Part shown: one piece after another, positions 1 through 8,446 of the stretch
How the letters are laid out: the number at the start of each line of letters is the position of its first letter
How positions within the stretch are numbered: position 1 is the first letter of the stretch
Assembly (NCBI GenBank): GCA_963703345.1
Contig: OY969814.1
Coordinates: forward strand, 2,119,998-2,183,997
Source: an uncultured Chloroflexia bacterium
GTDB lineage: Bacteria; Chloroflexota; Dehalococcoidia; DSTF01; JALHUB01
DNA: 64,000 nt
Direction of reading: 5' to 3'
Made by a program: the position numbers and the translations under genes
The notes under the pieces: model-generated
Databases searched by the model: none
Seen by the model: only the letters and a program-made list of their open reading frames with translations
What the model was told of the DNA's origin: nothing

Positions 1-256
1 CAACGTCGCAGAGACTATCCGGGAGCGAGACCGCATTACCGGCGAGGTGCGCGTGCTGACGGCCCAGATGCGTTTCGCGGCGTCGGTGCTTTCGCTCTGG
101 CCGGTAGCGTTGGGAGGCATCTTCTTCCTGCTGAACCCGAACCTAATGTCGAACCTGTGGACGGAGCCGGCGGGAGTTGTCTTGCTCGTCATAGCAGTCG
201 TGCTGCAAGTACTCGGATTTTTCACGATACGACGTATTGTTGCCATTGAGATATAG
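1..256 (+). CDS. Tad/Flp pilus inner-membrane platform protein, T2SS-F family (TadB-like), C-terminal fragment; 5' end outside window
   Basis: Frame open from window edge to TAG 254-256. Hydrophobic C-terminal helices. Directly followed by a second F-family gene, the usual tadB-tadC order. Confidence 0.6.
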   Translation, partial: NVAETIRERDRITGEVRVLTAQMRFAASVLSLWPVALGGIFFLLNPNLMSNLWTEPAGVVLLVIAVVLQVLGFFTIRRIVAIEI

Positions 257-264
257 GTCGTGAG

Positions 265-1176
265 ATGTTCCTGCCAATCCTGAGCTCGGTCTTCGTCTTT
301 CTCGCCGTAGGGTCGGTGGCCGTCTGGCGATTCCAGCAGGCGAACGCCCAGCTCAACGCCCGACTGCAGGCGCTGGCCGATCAGAGGGCGCAGTCGCTTG
401 CCTTACGCGACATTCCTTTCGAGCATCGCGTGGTGTTGCCGGTCGTCGATGGCATTGCGAGCGCAATAATCGCCGCCCTACCGCCGGCGTTTATTGCCCG
501 AACGCGACGCACTCTCGTCGCCGCCGGCGACCCAATGGCACTCGTCACGTTTTTTGCGCTCGTCATCCTCCTGGCTGTGATGCTTCCGGGGACGTACCTC
601 ATCGTCGCCTACGCGGCTAACGGCAGCGCGCTTTCCGCCAAGATTATTCTTGGCGCGCCGCTGTTTGCGCTTCTCGGCGTGATGGTGCCATTCCTCTGGC
701 TGCGACGTCGCGCCAGCCGGCGCCGGCTCATAATCTGGCGCGGCCTACCAGACGCCTTCGACCTGATGACGACCTGTGTCGAAGCCGGTCTGGGGCTCGA
801 CTCCGCCTTCCAGAAGGTTTCGGAAAAGCTCGGCGGCCCCGTCTCCGATGAGTTCGCGGAGATGCTACGCGAGGTGGCGATGGGCAAGACACGCCGCGAG
901 GCTCTGCGTGACATGGGGGAGCGCACGGGTGTGCCCGACCTTCAGGCTTTCGCCAACACCATCGTTCAGGCGGAAGAGTTGGGAACGAGCCTGGGTGCAG
1001 CCTTACGGGCCCAAGCGGCCGATATGCGCCGCCGCCGCCGGCAGCATGCCGAAGAAGAGGCGCGGCGCGCACCGTCGAAGATGGTATTCCCTCTCGTCTT
1101 CTTCATCCTTCCCTCACTGTTCGTGGTCATCCTCGGACCGATCGCCATTGAGTTGATAAAGACTTTCAACAGTTAG
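265..1176 (+). CDS. Tad/Flp pilus inner-membrane platform protein, T2SS-F family (TadC-like)
   Basis: 303 aa. Conserved F-domain block LPDAFDLMTTCVEAGLGLDSAF...GKTRREAL, with flanking TM helices. Confidence 0.75.
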   Translation: MFLPILSSVFVFLAVGSVAVWRFQQANAQLNARLQALADQRAQSLALRDIPFEHRVVLPVVDGIASAIIAALPPAFIARTRRTLVAAGDPMALVTFFALVILLAVMLPGTYLIVAYAANGSALSAKIILGAPLFALLGVMVPFLWLRRRASRRRLIIWRGLPDAFDLMTTCVEAGLGLDSAFQKVSEKLGGPVSDEFAEMLREVAMGKTRREALRDMGERTGVPDLQAFANTIVQAEELGTSLGAALRAQAADMRRRRRQHAEEEARRAPSKMVFPLVFFILPSLFVVILGPIAIELIKTFNS

Positions 1177-1189
1177 CGAGGGTCGTGTC

Positions 1190-2515
1190 GTGAAGGCCAA
1201 GAAACATGTTGACGGACACGGCTCCCCCGCAGCACCAGACGACCACTATCGTCTCCTTCAACTGGATCCCGATGCCCCTCAACAACTGATCGCCGAGGCG
1301 TACTGGTTTCTGGCCAGCCGGTTGCGCGCCGAAAAGCTCGTCAGGAGAAGCGCCGAACGCGAGCTCGTCGGGCTGAACGCCGCCTACCAGATCCTTGCCG
1401 TCGCCGAGCAGCGGCGCGCTTACGACGCGACGGTTGCGCGGGTGCTCGACCTCCGACGAGAACGCGCGGAGAGGATCGACGCTAGCCGGCAGTCGTTCCC
1501 GGGGCGTCTGTTCAGGAAACCGCAGCGGCCTCAGGTCGATTTCTACGAGTTGCTACGAGTCGATCCCGCTGCCGAGCCGCCGCTTATCGCGCGCGCCTAC
1601 TCGATGCTGCGGATGCTCCATTCGAAGAAAGCGGCCGGCGAGGCGCCGAAGGAATACCTCAGCGAGCTGGCGCAGGCGCGGGCCGTCCTCCTCGACCGCG
1701 CGCGTCGCGCCGCCTACGACAAGTCGCGGTTACAGCCGGCACCCGCGCCCGAAGCGAAGCCCGCCGAGGCGCCGGAAGTAGCTGCCGAGACCGTCGCCGT
1801 CAAACCGAAGGCGGTAGAGCGGCCGGAAAGGCCTGCAAGCCCCGGGTGGCAGGCGCGCGCGGCGCCGGCAATGTCGAAGGCGCTCGGCGCCGCCGCGAAG
1901 GGAGGCGGTCGGCTCGCTGTTGCCAGTGGACGGATAGGTTATCGCGGCCTCTCCGTGACGGCAAAAGGCGGCGCCAAAGGTTTCGCAGCGACGCTCCGGG
2001 CCGGCGGGCGTGCCGCCGAGCGGTTGCGATCGTCGGAACCGGTCAAGAGGCCAGCGGCTCCGCTACCTGACGACCGCCTGCTCCGGGACATCTCTCCGGC
2101 GGCGAGAGCGCGGAGAATGGCGCTCGATGGCCCTCGCCACGGCCGCCTCGTCGTGCACAGTCCGGAGGGTCAGGAGGAGACAGTTGACCTAGGTGAGGAG
2201 CCCGTCACCCTGGGCAGCGACCGCGAGTGCGACGTTCGACTGGCCGCAGAGCCTGGGCCGGTGGCGCCCGCGCACGCTCAGATCTGGTTCACGGGAGAGC
2301 GTTTCGTCATCCGCTCCCTCGACCCGATACACCCGACAGTTCTCTGCGGGCAGAGAGTGAACTGGGCCGGCCTCGACGACGGCGACGAAATCGAGATCGG
2401 GCCGCACCGCTTGAGATTCGAGGCAGCCCATGCCTTGGACGCCCCGCCTGAATTCCTGACAACGGAACGCAACGCCGCAACCCGCGGGGAAGAAATTCCG
2501 GAAAGGCACGAATAA
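1190..2515 (+). CDS. Protein with two HPD-less J-like domains, an Ala/Pro/Lys-rich linker and a C-terminal FHA-like domain
   Basis: GTG start 12 nt after GAGGG. DHYRLLQLDPDA...AYQIL...RRAYD and DFYELLRVDPAA...RRAAYD resemble J-domain helices I-III but there is no HPD anywhere. C-terminus LGSDRECDVRL...HAQIWF...GDEIEIGPHRLRF resembles FHA. Confidence 0.7.
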   Translation: MKAKKHVDGHGSPAAPDDHYRLLQLDPDAPQQLIAEAYWFLASRLRAEKLVRRSAERELVGLNAAYQILAVAEQRRAYDATVARVLDLRRERAERIDASRQSFPGRLFRKPQRPQVDFYELLRVDPAAEPPLIARAYSMLRMLHSKKAAGEAPKEYLSELAQARAVLLDRARRAAYDKSRLQPAPAPEAKPAEAPEVAAETVAVKPKAVERPERPASPGWQARAAPAMSKALGAAAKGGGRLAVASGRIGYRGLSVTAKGGAKGFAATLRAGGRAAERLRSSEPVKRPAAPLPDDRLLRDISPAARARRMALDGPRHGRLVVHSPEGQEETVDLGEEPVTLGSDRECDVRLAAEPGPVAPAHAQIWFTGERFVIRSLDPIHPTVLCGQRVNWAGLDDGDEIEIGPHRLRFEAAHALDAPPEFLTTERNAATRGEEIPERHE

Positions 2516-2516
2516 G

Positions 2517-3824
2517 ATGCGCAACCCTTCCCAGACGGCTGAGCCGGAAACAGTAGATGAGCAGATGCCGCGCGAGCCCGCGTTCTTGCGGGACACGGGC
2601 CTGGACACAGGATTTATCATCGAGCTGGTGTTGAAAGCGCTCTACTACAGCGCACGCCCGACGGCCGGCGATCTTGCGGACACGCTGGCCCTCTCGCTTC
2701 CGGTGATGCAGGAGGCCCTGGCGCTGCTCACGCGCGACGGCCTTTGTGAGATCGTTGCCGGCGAAGGACAGGGACCCGCCAGCTACCGCTACCGGCTAAG
2801 CAGCCGCGGCCTGGAGCGCTCAGCCAGCGCCTTCGAGCGCAACTCTTACGTGGGGCAGGCACCGGTGCCTCTGAAAGACTACATCGCCCAGGTGCGACTT
2901 CAGTCTGCGGGCGGTAGCGGCTTCACCGCAGAGGTCGTCCAAAAGGCGCTCTCCCAGCTCGTGCTCAGCGAACACACCAGCAATCGCGTCGGACGGGCGA
3001 TATCCTCCGGCCGGCCGACGCTTATCTACGGCCCTTCGGGAAACGGCAAGACAACAATTGCACACCTGCTCGGCCAGGCGCTTTCCGGCTATATCGCAAT
3101 CCCATACTCTCTGGAGGTATACGGCCACATCGTCCGGCTCTTCGATCCTTCAAAGCACCAGTTGGCGGAGTACGCTGAAAAGGGAAGGGACGTACGCACG
3201 CGCAGGCACGACCGTCGCTGGGCGATCACGCGGCGCCCCGCTGTGATGACGGGCGGCGAACTGACGCGTCAGGGCCTGGAGCTCGTGCTCGACGAGCGAT
3301 CGAAGGTCTACGAGGCGCCGCTGCAGATGAAGGCTAACGGCGGCATCCTGATCATCGACGACTTCGGCAGGCAGCAGATACCGGCGGTGGAGCTACTGAA
3401 CCGCTGGATCGTCGCGCTCGAGGGCGGCGTCGACCACCTGTCGCTGCACACGGGCCAGACAATCGAAGTGCCATTCGACGTCATTCCATTCTTCTCCACC
3501 AACCTGCCGCCGGAATCCCTGGCGGACGAGGCATTCCTGCGTCGGATTCGCTACAAGGTGGAGATACCGGACCCCACAGACGAGGAGTTCCGGGCGATCT
3601 TCACGCAGGTCTGCTACGACCAGAGAGTCGTTCTCCGACCCAGCGCGATCGATTACCTGTTCAAGCGCTGGTACGTGCCGCAGAAACGGGCGCTACGCGG
3701 CTGCCATCCGCGCGACTTGGTGGAGGCAATCGTCGATTCCACGCGATACAGCGACGGCGGCACGCCTACGGTAACGACACAGTCGCTGGACGAGGTCTGC
3801 CACACCTACTTCCTCACCGACTAA
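2517..3824 (+). CDS. AAA+ ATPase with N-terminal winged-helix-like domain
   Basis: ATG 1 nt after the upstream stop. Walker A GPSGNGKT, Walker B GGILIIDDFG, MoxR/ChlI-like block NRWIVALEGG...FFSTNLPPESLADEAFLRRIRYKVEI. N-terminal MarR-like helix region. Confidence 0.75.
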   Translation: MRNPSQTAEPETVDEQMPREPAFLRDTGLDTGFIIELVLKALYYSARPTAGDLADTLALSLPVMQEALALLTRDGLCEIVAGEGQGPASYRYRLSSRGLERSASAFERNSYVGQAPVPLKDYIAQVRLQSAGGSGFTAEVVQKALSQLVLSEHTSNRVGRAISSGRPTLIYGPSGNGKTTIAHLLGQALSGYIAIPYSLEVYGHIVRLFDPSKHQLAEYAEKGRDVRTRRHDRRWAITRRPAVMTGGELTRQGLELVLDERSKVYEAPLQMKANGGILIIDDFGRQQIPAVELLNRWIVALEGGVDHLSLHTGQTIEVPFDVIPFFSTNLPPESLADEAFLRRIRYKVEIPDPTDEEFRAIFTQVCYDQRVVLRPSAIDYLFKRWYVPQKRALRGCHPRDLVEAIVDSTRYSDGGTPTVTTQSLDEVCHTYFLTD

Positions 3825-3898
3825 AGTCCGAAACGCGCCGACAAGTCCGCTCGTTCTCGGACGGGATTCGGCCTCTCTAATGCCAAACTGTTTCCCGG

Positions 3899-4407
3899 AT
3901 GGGCGTCGATTCTAGTCAGCAGCGAGCTGCCGCCATCATTCTGTTCGCGCTGTTTAGGGGCAGGCGCCGGTCTGAAGTTCTCGTGTTGCGGGCGGCTGAT
4001 CTGACACGGAACGGCGGGAAAGTCTATTACGAATATCGTGGCAAGGGCGGCACGGTCAACCACAGGGGCTCCCCGAGCCAGTGTTCAAAGCCATTCTCAA
4101 TGCCCTCGCCGCGGAAGGGAGGTCGCTCCAGGAGATGGGCGCGGGAGAGCGGCTGTTCGGAATTGGTGCGCACGGGTTCTACCTCAACCTAAGGCGACAC
4201 CTGCGGAAGGCGAATCTGCCGTACACAGGCGTACACGTCCTGAGGCATTCAGCCGCGAAGCTGAGAAAAGACGCCGGGGAAGGCATTGAGCAGGTGTGGA
4301 AGTCCCTCGATCACTCTTCTCTTGCCGTCACGACGACCTAACTTCGACGGCTCGAAGGAGAGGGTGACAATAGTTGGCAGCCGGTCGCGCGGTTGCTTGA
4401 GATGTAG
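3899..4407 (+). pseudogene. Tyrosine recombinase (phage-type integrase) remnant: 5'-truncated, frameshifted, with an in-frame TAA
   Basis: Box I-like LFALFRGRRRSEVLVLRAADL in frame 2. Box II-like HVLRHSAAKL...LDHSSLAVTTT in frame 1, so a frameshift lies near 4055-4066. TAA at 4339-4341 interrupts ...TTT*LRRLEGEG. No N-terminal core-binding domain. Confidence 0.7.
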
Positions 4408-4453
4408 GTTCCTGAATCTTCCTCGCTGGTTCCCTCTGCGCGGTCGCGGATGT

Positions 4454-4819
4454 CTAAGCAGCAGCAGCTCCATCTTCTCGCTTGCGGGTACGCGACAAGT
4501 CGCGGAAGCGCTTATCAACCGCGGCCCGAGTTCGCCGCAGCTTCGCCTCTCCGTTGGGCCCGACCGGTAGCGACCAGTCGTCCGCCGCTCTTGACCGTTT
4601 GCGACGATGCTTGCGCGCCACGTGGAGATCGAGCAGGCCTTGAGTTTCAGCAACGTCCGGCACTCCCTCCTCTGCTGAGAGAGAGCGAGGATCAACCTCC
4701 TCATCCGAGGACAACGGTAAGCCCTCGCTGCCAACCTCGTCCTCGTTGACCTGAATCATGCGCTTCAGAGCCCACGCGCTCAATGCCATGACTGTCGCCA
4801 ATGCCAGGAGTCTGCGCAT
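4454..4819 (-). CDS. Hypothetical small secreted acidic/basic protein
   Basis: ATG at 4819 after a GGGGG run. N-terminus MRRLLALATVMALSAWA looks like a signal peptide. No recognisable domain. Lower third-position GC than neighbours. Confidence 0.3.
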   Translation of the reverse strand: MRRLLALATVMALSAWALKRMIQVNEDEVGSEGLPLSSDEEVDPRSLSAEEGVPDVAETQGLLDLHVARKHRRKRSRAADDWSLPVGPNGEAKLRRTRAAVDKRFRDLSRTRKREDGAAAA

Positions 4820-4886
4820 TTCTTCGCCCCCGCGTGCCAATTAGATTATCGGCAGGCAACGGCCATTAGGAGACATTATTAGGCGT

Positions 4887-4913
4887 GGGGTGCCAATATT
4901 CCATCCGTATCTG
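4887..4913 (+). repeat. 27-bp repeat, copy A
   Basis: GGGGTGCCAATA-TTCCA-TCCGTATCTG. 22/27 identical to 10615-10641, same orientation. Confidence 0.6.
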
Positions 4914-5138
4914 GGAGAGCGGCGAGTGGCAAACCAGGACCGCCAAATGCCGGCAGAGGAGCGCAAACCTTCTGCCTAGAAAGCATCTGCGCCTGAGCGC
5001 TGTGCAACAGAATCAGCACCCCTGAGCGAAAACGCGGAGGTTATCATCTGGAACGGCCCAGGTTCCTTGCGGTCGGCATCGGGACGCCGGCTCTGGCGGC
5101 GATGCCCTCGAGAACGAGTACAACGGGTTGCTGGCGGG

Positions 5139-5167
5139 CCGCTGCTCTACCTCTGAGCTACGCTGGC
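5139..5167 (-). pseudogene. tRNA-like 5' fragment (acceptor strand + D-arm only)
   Basis: Minus strand reads GCCAGCG-TA-GCTC-AGAGGTA-GAGC-A. No anticodon arm, T-arm or matching 3' acceptor follows. Confidence 0.4.
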
Positions 5168-5314
5168 CCGAATGAAAGCATAGCCAACCGCCGGAGGGAA
5201 TCAAACGCTGGCCAGGACCCGAAAGACACGCGGAGGGCCAGGAGTCTTTGCTTTGGCGGCCCACGGCCCTCCAACTGACGACGAGGGACTAGTCGTGCTT
5301 GGTTAGCCTGCCTA

Positions 5315-5824
5315 CTACGGCTGCTCCGTCTGCGTCGGCGTCGGCGTTGGCTCGTTGTTGTGCGACTTCGGGCCGTGCGGCTTCACGGCCTGACACGGAA
5401 CATTCACCTGCTTGCCCGACGGCACAATTTTGATTACCGTCTCGCCCTTGTCACAAACGCCGTCGCCGTTCTCAGGATGCTTGCTCGGATTGCTGTCGGG
5501 TATCCCGACAACGTCGCGCTGGCCCTCGCCCGGAGTGGGCGTCGCCGTGTTGGTCGGCGTCGGCGTGTAGGTGTTAGCCGGCGTCGCCGTGTCCGTAGGC
5601 GTCGGCGTCGCGGTGTCCGTAGGCGTGGCCGTCGCCTCGTCAACCGCAATCGATTCGGCAGAGGGAGTCTCCGCCTGGCCGACCACTTGCGACGTGCCTC
5701 TGTCCACCCCCCGGAAGACGCTGTCCTGGGAAGCGAACGTCGCGGCGCTGCCGCTGGACAGAGCTGCCACCACGACCAATGCGATTGCCTTGTGCTTCAT
5801 CGCTAGAATCAGCAAACTTCTCAT
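5315..5824 (-). CDS. Secreted protein with Pro/Thr linker and small Cys-containing C-terminal domain
   Basis: ATG 5824 preceded by AAGGAGGAAGT. Signal peptide MRSLLILAMKHKAIALVVVAALS. TATPTDTATPTPTDTATP linker. Confidence 0.65.
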   Translation of the reverse strand: MRSLLILAMKHKAIALVVVAALSSGSAATFASQDSVFRGVDRGTSQVVGQAETPSAESIAVDEATATPTDTATPTPTDTATPANTYTPTPTNTATPTPGEGQRDVVGIPDSNPSKHPENGDGVCDKGETVIKIVPSGKQVNVPCQAVKPHGPKSHNNEPTPTPTQTEQP

Positions 5825-5978
5825 ACTTCCTCCTTGCGAAAGCAGCGTTTTCTGGCGAGGGTCTACTGAATCAATCGGCACAAAGGCGGGGATCTGTGCC
5901 CCAACGGCCCGGCTTTTCGCGTCGCCTTGCTTCTCTTCTCACCAGCCATATTGAGTTGCGAGCGGCAACGCTCTGACT

Positions 5979-6007
5979 AGTATAGGATAGTCGGAATCCG
6001 ATCGCAA
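5979..6007 (-). promoter_or_regulatory. Candidate sigma70-type promoter for the 5315-5824 gene
   Basis: Minus strand TTGCGA-17 nt-TATACT, about 150 nt upstream of the start codon. Confidence 0.4.
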
Positions 6008-6191
6008 TGCCTCGACGCGCTCGAGAATCCCGCACCACAGATAGATGAAAAACAGGTCCACCGCGACGGCGTCGGCCGCCGCAGTCGCCGTGGGCGCCGG
6101 GGGCAAGCCTCATCTCTATCGGCATTGTGCAACAGGCCGCGTGAGAACAATCGGCGGTCAGAGTCTGGAGAGTGAATTCTGTCTGTTGTTC

Positions 6192-6229
6192 TGGTGGGCG
6201 ATGCAGGGCTCGAACCTGCGGCCTTCTGG
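6192..6229 (-). pseudogene. tRNA 3' fragment (variable region, T-arm, acceptor 3' strand, CCA); possible att-site remnant
   Basis: Minus strand ...AGGCC-GCAGG-TTCGAGC-CCTGC-ATCGCCC-A-CCA. The matching 5' strand GGGCGAT and a D/anticodon arm are absent upstream. Confidence 0.55.
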
Positions 6230-6235
6230 GTGATA

Positions 6236-6267
6236 GGCAGGCGGATTCCGGCCGGAATCCCTCTGCC
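6236..6267 (-). terminator. GC-rich hairpin downstream of the protease gene
   Basis: GGCAG..GATTCCGG/CCGGAATC..CTGCC inverted repeat about 40 nt after the stop. No U-tract. Confidence 0.4.
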
Positions 6268-6306
6268 TGAGTTGTGCGTTGCGGCTTGTCGCTGGAGCGC
6301 TATCGC

Positions 6307-8268
6307 TTAGTGGGTGCAGCGGCGACCAAGCTGCTGGGCGATCATGATCAGATCGGTGTTATTCACCTTTGCATCGTGGTTTATGTCGTAGAGCGGGCTC
6401 GTGCTTCCGCGCATGATGGCTCGAGCCTCGATGAGAACGTCAGCCATCGTTACCTTCCCGTTTCCGTTCACGTGGCCGCAATGGATGATCGGCGTGCGCG
6501 CGCTTGTTGCCGTAGCTGGCCTCGTCGGTGTCGGAGTTATCGTTGGCGGTACTGGAGTGGGCGTTAGGGTCGCAGTTGGAGGGGGCGTAGCGGTCGGCGT
6601 TGCCGTAGGCGCGCTTGTTGCCGTAGCTGTCCTCGTCGGTGTCGGAGTTATCGTTGGCGGTACTGGAGTGGGCGTTAGGGTCGCAGTCGGAGGGGGCGTA
6701 GCGGTCGGCGTTGCCGTAGGCGCGCTTGTTGCCGTGGCTGTCCTCGTCGGTGTCGGAGTTACCGTTGGCGGTACTGGAGTGGGCGTTAGGGTCGCAGTTG
6801 GAGGGGGCGTAGCGGTCGGCGTTGCCGTAGGCGCGCTTGTTGCCGTAGCTGTTCGTGTACTAGTCGGAGATGGCGTGCGGCTGGGGATCGACGTGGCTGA
6901 GCTTGTCGAGGTCGGCGTTGGGCTGGGCGTAAGCGTACTGGTCGCCGACGCCGTGGGCGAGGGCGTGACGTCCGGCGACGCAGGAACGTCAACATAGTAA
7001 GCATAGGTTTCGATGGCGCACTCGCCGTAGCCGATCTTGAAATAGCCGTCGCCGTTCCAGGTGCTGCCCCAGCTATTCTTGACGATCCAGTAGCCGCCGG
7101 CGTCGTCGTAGCCCGTGATTACGACGGCGTGGTTGGCGCCGGTGTCGTTGGTGCAGTGATAGACGCCCTGAGCGTCGAAGGCGCCGCCGTATCCGCCGCC
7201 GACTCCGATGGCAACCACCAGTGGTCCCTTGTCGACGAGCGTCTGCTTCATCTGATCGGCGGGAACGGCGGTGACGGCGTTTATCTTCACCGACCGGCTC
7301 TGGTAGTCGTTGCAGCGATTGGAGCAGGTGGCGTTGCTGCAGGCGCTGCCGGTGTGATAGGTGCAGCCGGTACCGCAGCTCGTGCCGCAGGAGCAGCTGG
7401 ACTGGTTGACGTAAGGCAGGCAGGCTTCGTCCGGTACTCCGTTGTCACGGACGTAAGAGAGAGCGCTGACGTAGTCGCCGCCGCAGCAGTTGCCGTAGGA
7501 ACCCATGGAGTAGCAATCGGAGACGAGGTATTCCTCCGAGAGATCGAGGCTAAGGTTAGGGTTGCCGCTCGCGATGTTGTAGGTCCCTTCGGTGACGCCG
7601 GCTGAGGCGAAGGCCCAGCAAGAGCCGCAGCCGCCCTGGTTCTTGACGCTGGTCATCCAGTTCTGACCGTTCTGGTTGCGCCAGTCGAAGGAGGCGGGAG
7701 TTGAGACGATGATGTCGTTTTGCTGGCCGGAGGGGGCCGGGCTCTGAAGGGAGGGGACGCTGCTCCGGGTCGCCTTCTTGCTCAGGTCCATCATGCCGTT
7801 GACGGAGCCGACATCCTGCTTGCTGTCACGTTTGACGCACTCGGCGTAGTCCTTGGAGAGCGAGCCGCCAGCGCCGTGTTTGGTGACGACGTCGAGTCCC
7901 TGCTTGGCGCAGTAGGAATACTGCTTGCCGCACTCGCCGTTGAGGAAGCTCCACTCCTCGCAACTGCTGCCGTCGGGAAAGACGCAGGTGCCTTGCTCGC
8001 TGCCGTCGGCGCTGCTGGTGATGCGATAGTCGTAGCCGAGGTCCTTGCAGTAGGTTGCGGCGGGGTTTGCCATGCCGAGGCGGTCGCCGTTGTTGCTGCC
8101 GCCGCCGCAAGTGGCCGGCGCCTGGCTGGAGAAGTCTTGCGCGGTCGCCTGTTCAGGGGAGGCCGAATCGCCGGAAGATTCTCCGCCAGCGTGTCCAAGG
8201 ATTATCCAGGATACGACGAGGACCGCGATAACCGCAGCTAGTGTCGCAACCGACAGCTTGTAACGCAT
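6307..8268 (-). CDS. Secreted papain-family (C1A) cysteine peptidase with N-terminal DUF333-like domain, PT-repeat linker and C-terminal dockerin-like module
   Basis: ATG 8268 after GGGAGGTGGATCA. Signal anchor MRYKLSVATLAAVIAVLVV. NPAATYCKDLGY...CVFPDGSSCEEWSFLNGECG is DUF333-like. QGGCGSCWAFAS, NHAVVITGYD and KNSWGSTWNGDGYF carry the Cys/His/Asn triad. Tail GHVNGNGKVTMADV...YDINHDAKVNNTDL. Confidence 0.85.
   Translation of the reverse strand: MRYKLSVATLAAVIAVLVVSWIILGHAGGESSGDSASPEQATAQDFSSQAPATCGGGSNNGDRLGMANPAATYCKDLGYDYRITSSADGSEQGTCVFPDGSSCEEWSFLNGECGKQYSYCAKQGLDVVTKHGAGGSLSKDYAECVKRDSKQDVGSVNGMMDLSKKATRSSVPSLQSPAPSGQQNDIIVSTPASFDWRNQNGQNWMTSVKNQGGCGSCWAFASAGVTEGTYNIASGNPNLSLDLSEEYLVSDCYSMGSYGNCCGGDYVSALSYVRDNGVPDEACLPYVNQSSCSCGTSCGTGCTYHTGSACSNATCSNRCNDYQSRSVKINAVTAVPADQMKQTLVDKGPLVVAIGVGGGYGGAFDAQGVYHCTNDTGANHAVVITGYDDAGGYWIVKNSWGSTWNGDGYFKIGYGECAIETYAYYVDVPASPDVTPSPTASATSTLTPSPTPTSTSSATSIPSRTPSPTSTRTATATSAPTATPTATPPPTATLTPTPVPPTVTPTPTRTATATSAPTATPTATPPPTATLTPTPVPPTITPTPTRTATATSAPTATPTATPPPTATLTPTPVPPTITPTPTRPATATSARTPIIHCGHVNGNGKVTMADVLIEARAIMRGSTSPLYDINHDAKVNNTDLIMIAQQLGRRCTH
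6498..6852. repeat. 3.2 copies of a near-identical 111-bp tandem repeat inside the protease gene (37-aa PT unit)
   Basis: GCGCGCTTG recurs at 6498, 6609, 6720 and 6831. Units differ by only a few bases. Encodes TRTATATSAPTATPTATPPPTATLTPTPVPPT(V/I)TPTP. Confidence 0.9.
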
Positions 8269-8446
8269 TGATCCACCTCCCGATTTCCGACAAGATGGTC
8301 CCCTGTTAGACTTATCGACAAGTCGGCGGCAAAAGGTTGGGCGGAACCCTGTGGGGGCCAAGAATCTCATCCGAATCTGACTGATTGACCGAAGACGGCG
8401 TCCGGGCGAGCCTTACCGCATCCGTCCTGAAGGAGGCCGCGCCTTG

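Noticed and set aside
4887-4913. Sigma-54 promoter (TGGCAC on the minus strand of both 27-bp repeats)
   Set aside because: The -12 GC element is not at the required spacing (TGGCAC-N5-TTGC) in either copy.
5040-5170. Complete tRNA, intron-containing tRNA or tRNA-Sec on the minus strand
   Set aside because: After a convincing acceptor/D-arm, the sequence cannot form an anticodon stem (GCGGC / CAACC). No GTTCRA T-loop or complementary 3' acceptor was found within 130 nt.
6192-6290. Complete tRNA or tmRNA ending in ...ATCGCCCACCA
   Set aside because: The required 5' strand GGGCGAT is absent upstream and trial anticodon stems mispair. For tmRNA, the G3:U70 pair and any tag-reading frame are missing.
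6401-6997. Plus-strand ORF (198 aa, VGV repeats) and other antisense ORFs across the protease gene (7129-7605, 7720-8241, 7791-8198)
   Set aside because: They lie opposite a gene with an intact C1A catalytic triad, are repeat-driven or GC-driven open frames, and have no translation signals.
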